Source of the DNA: a virus
Lineage: Duplodnaviria > Caudoviricetes
Strand: one strand, 5' to 3'
Length of the DNA stretch: 64,000 bases
IMG/VR virus record: IMGVR_UViG_2925514151_000008
Location: 8,203 to 72,202 of that record
Under the pieces are notes generated by a model, which saw only the letters and a list, made by a program, of their open reading frames with translations, searched no databases and was not told where the DNA came from. Made by a program: the position numbers and the translations under genes. Of this stretch, positions 9,949-18,126 are shown piece after piece (position 1 is the stretch's first letter; the number at the start of each line of letters is the position of its first letter).

Positions 9949-10779
9949 ATGAATATCGAATCAATTCCAAAATTCTTTGCCCCGAAAGGAATGCATATAT
10001 CAGATAGCGGGAGAGCAACTGCCAGCGAACAACTCACCGTAACTGACGTTATGGCTGCGCTGGGGATGACGCAGGCCGAAGCGGGGATCGGATTATCCAT
10101 GTTCCTGGGTAAGGCTGGCATCAGCGAGAATGACCGCATGGCCTCAATTCACTGGTTGGCCGAATATGCAAAGAAGAATGCTCCCCGCTCAGTCAGGAAA
10201 GCCGCCGGCAAGAAATTTCCTCTTTGCATGCTGATCATCGCCAGGTTCGCATATCACGACTACGCCTCATCAGCTGCTGATACTACGGACTGTACGAAAT
10301 GCGCAGGTAATGGGTTCGTGAAGAAAGTTAAAATGGTCGAGAAAAGCCACTACACAATGAGATTACCGCAATGGGCAAAAGACCTGAGGCAGTCACCTTC
10401 GGATTTTGAGGTTAAGCGGCAGGTGCAGGATGTCGATCACGTGCTTTGTGTGAAATGCCATGGCACCGGGAAAATCAGTAAGCGCTGCCAGTGCAGCGGG
10501 ACGGGGAAGACACTTGACCGCAAAGAATCAGAACTTCAGGGAGTGCCTGTCTACAAGACATGTAAGCGTTGTGAAGGCCGCGGGTTTAGCAGGCCAAAAT
10601 CCTCCAACGCATACCGCGGCATCCTTTCAGAGCTACCTGGCTTGCCGGAGCGTACCTGGCGTTATAGCTGGAAACCTTTTTATGAAAGCCTGGTGACCAA
10701 ATGTTTTGTGGAGGAGAGTTTTACTGATGCTCAACTCCGGAGAGTTACAAAAACAACTAATTTGATAAATTTCGCATGA
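9949..10779 (+). CDS. Q: Late antiterminator Q
   Basis: RATASEQLTVTDVMAALG start, CxxC zinc motifs, position before late promoter. Confidence 0.85.
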   Translation: MNIESIPKFFAPKGMHISDSGRATASEQLTVTDVMAALGMTQAEAGIGLSMFLGKAGISENDRMASIHWLAEYAKKNAPRSVRKAAGKKFPLCMLIIARFAYHDYASSAADTTDCTKCAGNGFVKKVKMVEKSHYTMRLPQWAKDLRQSPSDFEVKRQVQDVDHVLCVKCHGTGKISKRCQCSGTGKTLDRKESELQGVPVYKTCKRCEGRGFSRPKSSNAYRGILSELPGLPERTWRYSWKPFYESLVTKCFVEESFTDAQLRRVTKTTNLINFA

Positions 10780-10795
10780 AATAGCGACACGATAC

Positions 10796-10887
10796 TTGCA
10801 AAGTTGCCGTTTTTGTGTAAATTTAATCTTAACGATGGGCACTGTATGTTCAACGTTATCAAACCCGCCTCCGAGCGGGTTTTTTTA
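10796..10887 (+). promoter_or_regulatory. Putative pR' late promoter and tR' terminator
   Basis: TTGCAA 10796 / TAAATT 10818; hairpin AAACCCGC-ctccga-GCGGGTTTTTTT 10861-10887. Confidence 0.65.
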
Positions 10888-10988
10888 TGGCTGCGAATCA
10901 CATTTCTCGCAGTGGCGGTAACTTGTAGCTTGCTGAATTATTCGACCAGAGTTATCTGTGTGTCACGCCAAATGAAAGGGTAAAAGAC

Positions 10989-11180
10989 ATGCTAAATCAG
11001 CAAGATATGACAGAAACAGCCAAAGCGGTTTTGAGCGCCTTAAGCGACAAGCCTGCAACGGCTGGAGAGATTGCACAGAATACGCACCTGACGCGCGAAC
11101 GTTGCCAGTTAATACTGACGCAGCTTGTGATGGCGGGGTTATCTGATTACCAGTTTGGGTGTTACAAGCGCCTCCAGTAA
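10989..11180 (+). CDS. Small wHTH protein
   Basis: 63 aa, TAGEIAQNTHLTRERCQLILTQL HTH-like. Confidence 0.6.
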   Translation: MLNQQDMTETAKAVLSALSDKPATAGEIAQNTHLTRERCQLILTQLVMAGLSDYQFGCYKRLQ

Positions 11181-11329
11181 TGGAGGTTTCCTGCTGTGAA
11201 AATGGGCGGCTGGTGGGTGTTGTAGCACCCAGCCAGCCATTCGCTCATGTAGAAGGTCACAAGCGAACCATGGCCCACTGCTTTAGCGCAAAAGCATAGT
11301 GAGCCTACCAGAGTTACGCTTACTGATCT

Positions 11330-12379
11330 ATGAAAAACACTGTAAAAATATCCAGTATTGAGTTGGTGAATGCTGACTGCCTGCAATATCTTCCATCGCT
11401 ACCTGATAACTCTATCGACCTAATCGTTACGGACCCGCCTTACTTTAAGGTAAAGCCGAACGGCTGGGATAATCAGTGGAAAGGGGACGAGGATTACTTA
11501 CGTTGGCTGGATAGATGTTTGTCCGAGTTCTGGCGGGTATTAAAACCCTCCGGCAGTATGTACTTGTTCTGCGGGCACCGTTTAGCCTCCGATATTGAAA
11601 TACTGGTTAGAGAGCGTTTTAACCTGCTCAACCATATCATCTGGGCCAAACCATCAGGCCGCTGGAACGGATGCAATAAAGAAAGTCTGCGTTCATATTT
11701 CCCGGCTACTGAGCGGATCATTTTTGCTGATCATTATCAGGGCCCTTACAGGCCGAAAGATGATGGTTTCGCTGTCAAATGCAGCGAGCTTAAGCAGCAT
11801 GTCATGACTCCATTAATTTCATATTTCCGTGATGCCAGAGAGTCTCTGGGGGTAACCTCTGCCCAAATTGCTGCTGCAACGGGAAAGAAAAATATGGTTT
11901 CCCACTGGTTTGGTCTTAGCCAGTGGCTGTTGCCGAGCGAATCCGATTATTTGAAGCTCCAGGCATTGTTCCAGCAAATTGCCGGTGACAAGCATGCTCG
12001 CAATGAGCTGGAGAGGCCACACCACCAGCTGGTGGCAACATGGCAATCACTTAACCGGAAATACGCAGAACTCCAGCAGGAGTATCAGCGTCTACGTAGA
12101 CCATTCAGCGTTTCTGTCACGGTGCCATATACCGATGTCTGGACCCATAAGCCGGTTCAGTTTTACCCGGGGAAGCACCCATGTGAAAAGCCTGCCGATA
12201 TGCTGCAGCAGATCATCAAAGCAAGCAGCAGACCTGGTGAGGTTGTCGCGGATTTCTTCTTCGGCTCTGGCTCAACGCTTAAGCAGGCCGCTTTGCTCGG
12301 TCGGAATGGTATCGGTGTTGAGCTTGAGAAGGAGCGATTTGATCAGACGGTCATGGAAATGCGTAATTTGCTGGTTTAG
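11330..12379 (+). CDS. DNA N6/N4 methyltransferase (beta class)
   Basis: DPPY, HPCEKP, DFFFGSGST. Confidence 0.92.
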   Translation: MKNTVKISSIELVNADCLQYLPSLPDNSIDLIVTDPPYFKVKPNGWDNQWKGDEDYLRWLDRCLSEFWRVLKPSGSMYLFCGHRLASDIEILVRERFNLLNHIIWAKPSGRWNGCNKESLRSYFPATERIIFADHYQGPYRPKDDGFAVKCSELKQHVMTPLISYFRDARESLGVTSAQIAAATGKKNMVSHWFGLSQWLLPSESDYLKLQALFQQIAGDKHARNELERPHHQLVATWQSLNRKYAELQQEYQRLRRPFSVSVTVPYTDVWTHKPVQFYPGKHPCEKPADMLQQIIKASSRPGEVVADFFFGSGSTLKQAALLGRNGIGVELEKERFDQTVMEMRNLLV

Positions 12380-12458
12380 CTCGGTGGAAAAACTGCCTTG
12401 CCGCAAAAATTTCTAATCAATTACATCACTCTACAAAGAATAAGAGCCTTCATTGTTA

Positions 12459-12488
12459 GAAAAAACCCGTTTAGCGACGGGTTTTTAC
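12459..12488. terminator. Bidirectional intrinsic terminator
   Basis: AAAAAACCCGT-ttagcg-ACGGGTTTTT between convergent genes. Confidence 0.7.
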
Positions 12489-12507
12489 TAATCGTAAGCG
12501 AGGTTGC

Positions 12508-12750
12508 TTAAGGATGTTCGCTGCAAACGTTACCTTCATCAAGCGAACCCGGTAAGTATGTAGGTAACAGTTCCTCTGTTTTATAGTTGACCGGATTTTC
12601 AACTTCGATACCGTAATCACCGCAGCAACAGCATTCTTCTCGATCGTCTTCAAATGCATGTGTCTTACAGAAAACTTGCAATGGCAAAACTATGTCGTGG
12701 TCATAAGTAACAAGTACATGAGTTGCACGATTACCACAATAGCAATTCAT
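12508..12750 (-). CDS. Small Cys/His-rich moron protein
   Basis: 80 aa with CxC, CxxH, CCCC, CxxH; GGAGA RBS; AT-rich upstream region. Confidence 0.65.
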   Translation of the reverse strand: MNCYCGNRATHVLVTYDHDIVLPLQVFCKTHAFEDDREECCCCGDYGIEVENPVNYKTEELLPTYLPGSLDEGNVCSEHP

Positions 12751-13073
12751 AAAATCTCCATTAAATCAATGAAAAACGTTGAGTTAGTTTCCTATGAATA
12801 ATAACCAGATCTACTCTCAGGTAACGGAATGCATATGATTACATCAATGATATCCTTCCTTTTTGGATAAAACACTATTTATCCCCATGCTCATTCACTA
12901 TTTCTCTCATTTTACCCCTTTATTGACGCTGGTAATGTCGGACGATGGAAGTTCACAGGGAAGGCTAGCCAATAAAACTCGATAGGCATTTTGTTGGATA
13001 CTGTTCATTTTGAGCAGATTTTTTTATTCCCCTCGTTCATGAGAGGAACTCACAGCAACAAAGAGGGGGCTAA

Positions 13074-13463
13074 ATGTCCGATCCTGTCTCTGGAACATCA
13101 GTTGCGGCCGGTGGCCTGATGGGGGCCAGTATGTTTGGCTTGGCCACCGGAATTGATTATGGTGTTGTGTTTGGTGCATTCGCTGGTGCGGTCTTCTACG
13201 TAACTACGGCAGCGAACATTTCACGCGGTAAGCTGGTGGCATATTTTATGACGTCTTTTATCGTTGGTGTCTTGGGCGCCGGGTTAGTGGGCTCAAAGCT
13301 ATCAAGCTGGACGGGTTATAGCGACCGCCCACTTGACGCACTTGGTGCTGTGCTTATCTCGTCGCTGATTATCAAAGTGCTGACGTTCCTTAACAGCCAG
13401 GACCTGAATAGCCTGTTCAATATGCTAACCCGGTTCCGAGGAGGAGGCTCAAATGGTAAATGA
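13074..13463 (+). CDS. Putative holin
   Basis: Multiple hydrophobic helices; first gene of lysis cassette. Confidence 0.75.
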   Translation: MSDPVSGTSVAAGGLMGASMFGLATGIDYGVVFGAFAGAVFYVTTAANISRGKLVAYFMTSFIVGVLGAGLVGSKLSSWTGYSDRPLDALGAVLISSLIIKVLTFLNSQDLNSLFNMLTRFRGGGSNGK

Positions 13464-13731
13464 TCCTTCAGCACTGGTTAACGCACTTACCTGTACTGTG
13501 ATTGTTCTCGCTTTGATGTTTTACCAACGTGGCGGATCCAGACACAGACGGGGAATATCTTTCCTGGCATATCTCATGGTGCTGGTTTACGCCAGTATCC
13601 CATTTCGTTTCCTGTTTGGCCTTTACGAGTCATCCAACTGGCTGGTGGTGCTGGCAAACATCCTAATCTGCGCCGCCGTGTTATGGGCACGGGGTAACGT
13701 GGCGCGTCTGGTCGATACACTGAGGCACTAA
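13453..13731 (+). CDS. Phage holin-family protein (DUF754-like)
   Basis: Three TM segments, WARGNVARL end; overlaps neighbours. Confidence 0.75.
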   Translation: MVNDPSALVNALTCTVIVLALMFYQRGGSRHRRGISFLAYLMVLVYASIPFRFLFGLYESSNWLVVLANILICAAVLWARGNVARLVDTLRH

Positions 13732-14357
13732 TGAATCAATCACAATTCCAGAAGGCGGCTGGTATCAGCGCCGGGTTAGCTGCGCGCTGGTTTCCACATA
13801 TTACAGCCGCAATGAAAGAGTTTGGTATAACAGAAGCTATCGACCAGGCAATGTTCATTGCCCAGGTAGGGCATGAAAGCACGGGATTTACCCAGCTTGT
13901 TGAGAGCTTCAATTATAGCGTGGCCGGCTTGAATAGTTTTGTCCGCGCCGGGCGGCTGACGCAGGGTCAGGCTAATTCGCTCGGCCGCCGGCAGGGTGAA
14001 CCATCTTTGCCACTGGAGAGGCAACGAGCGATCGCCAATCTGGTGTACAGCAAACGCATGGGGAATAACGGGGCAACAGACGGCTGGTTTTACCGCGGGC
14101 GCGGGCTCATCCAGACCACCGGCCTGAACAATTACCGCGAATGCGGGAATGCTTTGAAGATTGATCTGGTTAAACAGCCTGAATTGCTGGCACAGGATGA
14201 GTATGCGGCGCGCAGTGCTGCCTGGTTCTATACCTCACGCGGCTGTTTGCGTTATCCCGGTGACCTTACACGCGTCACTCAGATTATCAACGGCGGACAG
14301 AACGGCATTGATGACCGTAAAGCCCGCTATCTCCTGGCAAAAAGTATTCTTGTTTGA
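13731..14357 (+). CDS. Endolysin, glycoside hydrolase family 19
   Basis: FIAQVGHES, YRGRGLIQTTG, INGGQNG. Confidence 0.93.
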   Translation: MNQSQFQKAAGISAGLAARWFPHITAAMKEFGITEAIDQAMFIAQVGHESTGFTQLVESFNYSVAGLNSFVRAGRLTQGQANSLGRRQGEPSLPLERQRAIANLVYSKRMGNNGATDGWFYRGRGLIQTTGLNNYRECGNALKIDLVKQPELLAQDEYAARSAAWFYTSRGCLRYPGDLTRVTQIINGGQNGIDDRKARYLLAKSILV

Positions 14358-14364
14358 GGGAAAT

Positions 14365-14541
14365 ATGAACTATCTCATTAATCGACTGAAAGAGCCGTCA
14401 ACCTGGCGCGGCATCATCCTGGTCATTGCCGGTGTCTTCGGCTATCAGATGCCTCCGGGCATTCAGGAAACCGTCATCGCTGGCGGCGTAGCGCTGGCTG
14501 GCGTTGTTGGTGCGGTGATGCCGGACAGCGTTAAGAAGTAA
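14365..14541 (+). CDS. Small 2-TM protein at the spanin position
   Basis: MNYLINRLKEPSTWRGIILVIAGVFG...; GAGG RBS. Confidence 0.7.
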   Translation: MNYLINRLKEPSTWRGIILVIAGVFGYQMPPGIQETVIAGGVALAGVVGAVMPDSVKK

Positions 14542-14562
14542 CCTGGCCAGAAACCAGCAGGC

Positions 14563-14745
14563 CTACAGAAACCCGCTTTCCTTCAGCTTTTTAGCCAATA
14601 AGTAATTGGTGATTACTCCAAGAGAAACCCCAACAATCCACGGCACAGCTGAATCAAGCATTAGTGAGTTGTTCACGTTAATGCTGGCGGTGATGCAGGC
14701 ATAGGTATTTGTAAAAGCAAACCATGTAAAAAGTATCTGTTTCAT
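14563..14745 (-). CDS. Small antisense membrane protein
   Basis: 60 aa, two hydrophobic segments, GGAG RBS. Confidence 0.5.
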   Translation of the reverse strand: MKQILFTWFAFTNTYACITASINVNNSLMLDSAVPWIVGVSLGVITNYLLAKKLKESGFL

Positions 14746-14830
14746 TTGATTATCTCCATGCTTTCCCTCCCAACAATATCCACCCAAGAGCTAGTAAAAG
14801 CAAACCAGGTACAACCGAAAGGGCTACGAA

Positions 14831-15115
14831 ATGAGTGAAGCTAAACCGCAGGACGGCAGCACAGTAAAGGGCTACCGCACATTAACCGCTGGCGACATTG
14901 AGCGGATGAACCGCCTAAAAGGTGTCAGCCGGCATTTTTGCAGTCTGCTCGATACTGAGCGAGAGGTAGCAACGGATGAAGTTGTCGAGCGTGGTAGTCA
15001 GGCCGAAACCAAGAGAGCAGAGGCTTTGCGCTGCATGGCTATCGCGCGCACCAAAATGCAGGAAGCCTGTATGTGGGCATGCCGCGCCGTGGCGCGTTCT
15101 GACGCTGATTGCTAA
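14831..15115 (+). CDS. acb2: Acb2/Tad1-family cyclic-nucleotide sponge (anti-CBASS-like)
   Basis: VKGYRTL..DIERMNRLK and ARTKMQEACMWACRAVA parallel Acb2 KGYRDL..EIDMMNRVK / GKTDIQTGMMAIIRAIA. Confidence 0.75.
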   Translation: MSEAKPQDGSTVKGYRTLTAGDIERMNRLKGVSRHFCSLLDTEREVATDEVVERGSQAETKRAEALRCMAIARTKMQEACMWACRAVARSDADC

Positions 15116-15159
15116 CCCCACTAAGGGATAACCAAACAACTATCCCCACCAGAGAATAC

Positions 15160-15415
15160 AGCCATGAAGAATTAAAGCAGATAGACCGCAGCCGTAAGGC
15201 AGAGCAGTCATGATGCTGCCCCGAGTCGCGTAATGGCGAGCCTGTGTAGTGATGGGTAAGGGTTCATAGATAACAATAAGCTCCGGTAACGCAGCGCGAA
15301 TGCTGAACGTGCACCGGTTATCAGCGGCGATGATGCGACAGCGACTCAAGGGCATGAGCGTGGCCACTCCGGGAAGTGGCAAAGCATTGCAGGAGCCATT
15401 CACCAGGTGGCGGCC
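15160..15415 (+). ncRNA. Candidate structured non-coding RNA
   Basis: Several hairpins (one GNRA loop) plus long-range helix GAGTCGC 15223-15229 / GCGACTC 15341-15347; no credible ORF. Confidence 0.45.
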
Positions 15416-15455
15416 CTAATATATTTTGTTAGAATAACCTCATAACTAATGTGAG

Positions 15456-16016
15456 GTGGATATGGATGCTAGTTATATAGCTTATGAAACGCTCGTGGCT
15501 AATCGCAATGCAGCTGAGTGGGCGTTTTGGTCAATGATTGCTGCATTTATTAGTGGCACTGCAAGCGTAGTCACTTTGATTTTTGCTTATAGAGCCCTGA
15601 CAACCTGGCGAGAGCAAGAAAAAACAAAAGTAAAAATGGAGTTTAGACTTGCGATCAAACAATTAAGAGTCGCCTTGTTAAATATGCCACTAAACCTTGA
15701 TCGAGATGAACTTGAGGAAGAGAGGGAGCAGGTTATTGTGAGGTGGCTTTTTAAAGATGTCGCTCTCATAAGTCAGCAGATAGATGCTGGAGAGCAGAAT
15801 GTGCAGAGATTTGATAACCTTCTTAGCATCTTTGACGCCTGCCAGTCGTCTTGGCTTGCTACTGAGCACTTATTTGATGGGACTCAACTTGCTAGAGACT
15901 GGATAATATTCGAAGACGACTTCGAACATTATATCAACGGCGAAGGGACTAAGGCACCATTAGTGCAGTTGCTTAATAAAATAACATCTTCACGATTTGT
16001 CTTTGATTCAAAATAA
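15456..16016 (+). CDS. Moron: N-terminally membrane-anchored hypothetical protein
   Basis: AT-rich; TM segment WAFWSMIAAFISG...LIFAY; followed by terminator-like hairpin ~16050-16072. Confidence 0.7.
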   Translation: MDMDASYIAYETLVANRNAAEWAFWSMIAAFISGTASVVTLIFAYRALTTWREQEKTKVKMEFRLAIKQLRVALLNMPLNLDRDELEEEREQVIVRWLFKDVALISQQIDAGEQNVQRFDNLLSIFDACQSSWLATEHLFDGTQLARDWIIFEDDFEHYINGEGTKAPLVQLLNKITSSRFVFDSK

Positions 16017-16144
16017 CCACTACCCTGCAATTTATTTAGATATTAAAAAGGCCACCCACATGTGGTTTTTTTAATGGCACTTCAGAAGCTATTCCGAATA
16101 GTGACTTGATAATGCTCCCCACATCGCATAGAGGTAAGACAGAC

Positions 16145-16390
16145 ATGGCAGACATCACACCAGCAGAACAGATACGCCTGAACCTGCTTTCAATCCTGAA
16201 CTACGATACAGCAGCTGCAGCTAAGGCTATTGCATTCGTACAGGACAGTCAGTTGAAGTATCAGATTTTCATCCAGCAGTACAACCGGGTTGTAACCGAA
16301 TCTGAAATGGTTGCGAAGACCATCAAAGCGATTCAGGAAGCCACCGAAGCGCTGGCGCTGTTTGATACAGCCTCAGAGCAGATTAGCTAG
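16145..16390 (+). CDS. Small phage protein (DUF2560-like)
   Basis: MADITPAEQIRLNLLSILNYDTAAA; GAGG RBS. Confidence 0.65.
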   Translation: MADITPAEQIRLNLLSILNYDTAAAAKAIAFVQDSQLKYQIFIQQYNRVVTESEMVAKTIKAIQEATEALALFDTASEQIS

Positions 16391-16464
16391 TAAAGCAGAA
16401 TAGGCACTCTATGAGTGCCTATGATAATATTAATTCTGTTATATTATCAAAGCTCTTGACTCTG

Positions 16465-16926
16465 TCATTGTTGTCCAGGGGTCAACACTATATGTCCTTT
16501 ATCAATAAGTGATGATATTATTTCTTCGAAAACTTTTTTCCCACGGTATTCGTTTTCGGTCTTACAAATATAATCGCTTGAGAAAACATCTTTCACGATA
16601 TAGCCGTCTTGCGTTATGAATATTTTTAAAACAGAGTGAAATATATCTTCTTCTCTTAAAAAGAAATGCATTTCTATACACGAAGCAACAATCGGTGGGA
16701 AGTCATAAAGCTTTAGAGACTCTTTGCACTCAAGTTTTAAATTGAAATGTGAGAGGTCGATGGTGAGGTTGTTCTCTATAATAGAAGCGGATGCTGCTGC
16801 GCTTACTAAATCATTGTTGTTGATATAAGATATTAATTTGTTTTTTAAGTTTAATGTTGAGCTTATCTCCGTGCAACATTCATTTTTTATCTTTGAAAAT
16901 ACGTTGTAAACATTTTCAATTTCCAT
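16465..16926 (-). CDS. AT-rich moron, hypothetical
   Basis: 153 aa, opposite strand, AAGGA RBS, visibly AT-rich. Confidence 0.7.
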   Translation of the reverse strand: MEIENVYNVFSKIKNECCTEISSTLNLKNKLISYINNNDLVSAAASASIIENNLTIDLSHFNLKLECKESLKLYDFPPIVASCIEMHFFLREEDIFHSVLKIFITQDGYIVKDVFSSDYICKTENEYRGKKVFEEIISSLIDKGHIVLTPGQQ

Positions 16927-17124
16927 AATTGTCCTTATTGCTGTGCTTGGTTTTCATTAAACGTCTTGGGATAATATGTACGTTATACCAAAGACAAAAT
17001 CCATGTTTCATTTAATATAAGAGAATAGCCTAAGGTGACTATTAAGAGTAAACTGAATTATATAACCTTTTTAAATTAAAGTTAGAAGCATAAGAAATAA
17101 CTTTTATAAGAGGTAAGCGAATTA

Positions 17125-17478
17125 ATGTATTCCAATAAGAGTAGCGAACCTCGTATTTACGGCAGCAAATGGGACCGTGAGCGTCTTATCTTCCTTCGTG
17201 CACACCCCTTATGCATCATGTGCCAGGAGCAAGGCAGGGTGACAGCGGCAACGGTGGTTGACCACATCATCCCGCACAAACTGAAAGAGGCTGTGCGCTC
17301 TGGCGACAGCCAGGCAATAGCAAAAGCTCAAAAGCTTTTCTGGAGCCGGAAGAACTGGCAAGGGCTGTGTAAGCAGCACCACGACTCAACGAAGCAGCGA
17401 ATGGAGAAGCGTGGCACCGTGATCGGCTGCGATGAAAACGGGATGCCACTGGACCCGGCTTCTCATTGGTTTAAGTGA
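17125..17478 (+). CDS. HNH endonuclease (HK97 gp74-like packaging cofactor)
   Basis: CIMC..., VDHIIPH, NWQGLCKQHHD; directly before cos/terS. Confidence 0.9.
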   Translation: MYSNKSSEPRIYGSKWDRERLIFLRAHPLCIMCQEQGRVTAATVVDHIIPHKLKEAVRSGDSQAIAKAQKLFWSRKNWQGLCKQHHDSTKQRMEKRGTVIGCDENGMPLDPASHWFK

Positions 17479-17552
17479 TAACCATTATCAATATATCTCA
17501 GAATTGATTGTCATTTGAAATCATTATCATTCAAATGATGTCGATTCTCATC

Positions 17553-17640
17553 TGAGGGGGGAGGGGCGGGTCAAAAGTTCAGAACCTCGAACCCAAATGA
17601 CCGCCGCCAGTCCTTTTTGTGCACAACCGCGAAATGAAAA
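17553..17640 (+). other. Putative cos region
   Basis: G-run GGGGGGAGGGG then CGCCGCCAGT (17602-17611), similar to the HK97 3'-cos CGCCGCCAAA; between HNH and terS. Confidence 0.6.
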
Positions 17641-17661
17641 GTTTTTTTCCGGGAGGTTCCG

Positions 17662-18126
17662 ATGGCAGGACGACGCCCGAAACCGACCCACCTCAAAGTG
17701 GTTACCGGCAACCCGGGCAAACGAAAACTCAACGATAAAGAACCCACGCCAGCTAAAGAAATTCCAGGCCCCCCAGCTCATCTTACCGACTGGGGTAAGG
17801 TGGCATGGGGTCGGCTGACTGTGCTTCTCGATGGTATGGGTGTTCTCACCGTTGCAGATACTTTGGCGCTTGAAAGGCTTTGCGATATTTATGCCGATAT
17901 CCTGCAACTGCGCGACACCATCGCTGTAGAGGGCAGAACTTATACCGTCCAGACCGAGGGTGGTTTTCTGATAAAGGCCAACCCGGCAGTTTCAATGCTG
18001 GCTGATGCCGACCGTCGTTTTAAAAGTTACCTGGTTGAATTCGGTCTGACACCAGCGGCAAGGACGAAGGTGAAAGTGAATGGCGAAACCCCCGAAGAAG
18101 ACACGCTCGACAAGTTCTTCGGTTGA
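17662..18126 (+). CDS. terS: Terminase small subunit (P27 family)
   Basis: GRRPKPTHLK..GNPGKR, KANPA, EFGLTPAAR. Confidence 0.92.
   Translation: MAGRRPKPTHLKVVTGNPGKRKLNDKEPTPAKEIPGPPAHLTDWGKVAWGRLTVLLDGMGVLTVADTLALERLCDIYADILQLRDTIAVEGRTYTVQTEGGFLIKANPAVSMLADADRRFKSYLVEFGLTPAARTKVKVNGETPEEDTLDKFFG

Noticed and set aside
11200-11245. GC-rich hairpin upstream of the 11330 methyltransferase as tRNA or sRNA
   Set aside because: No tRNA features; a single hairpin is not enough to call an RNA gene.
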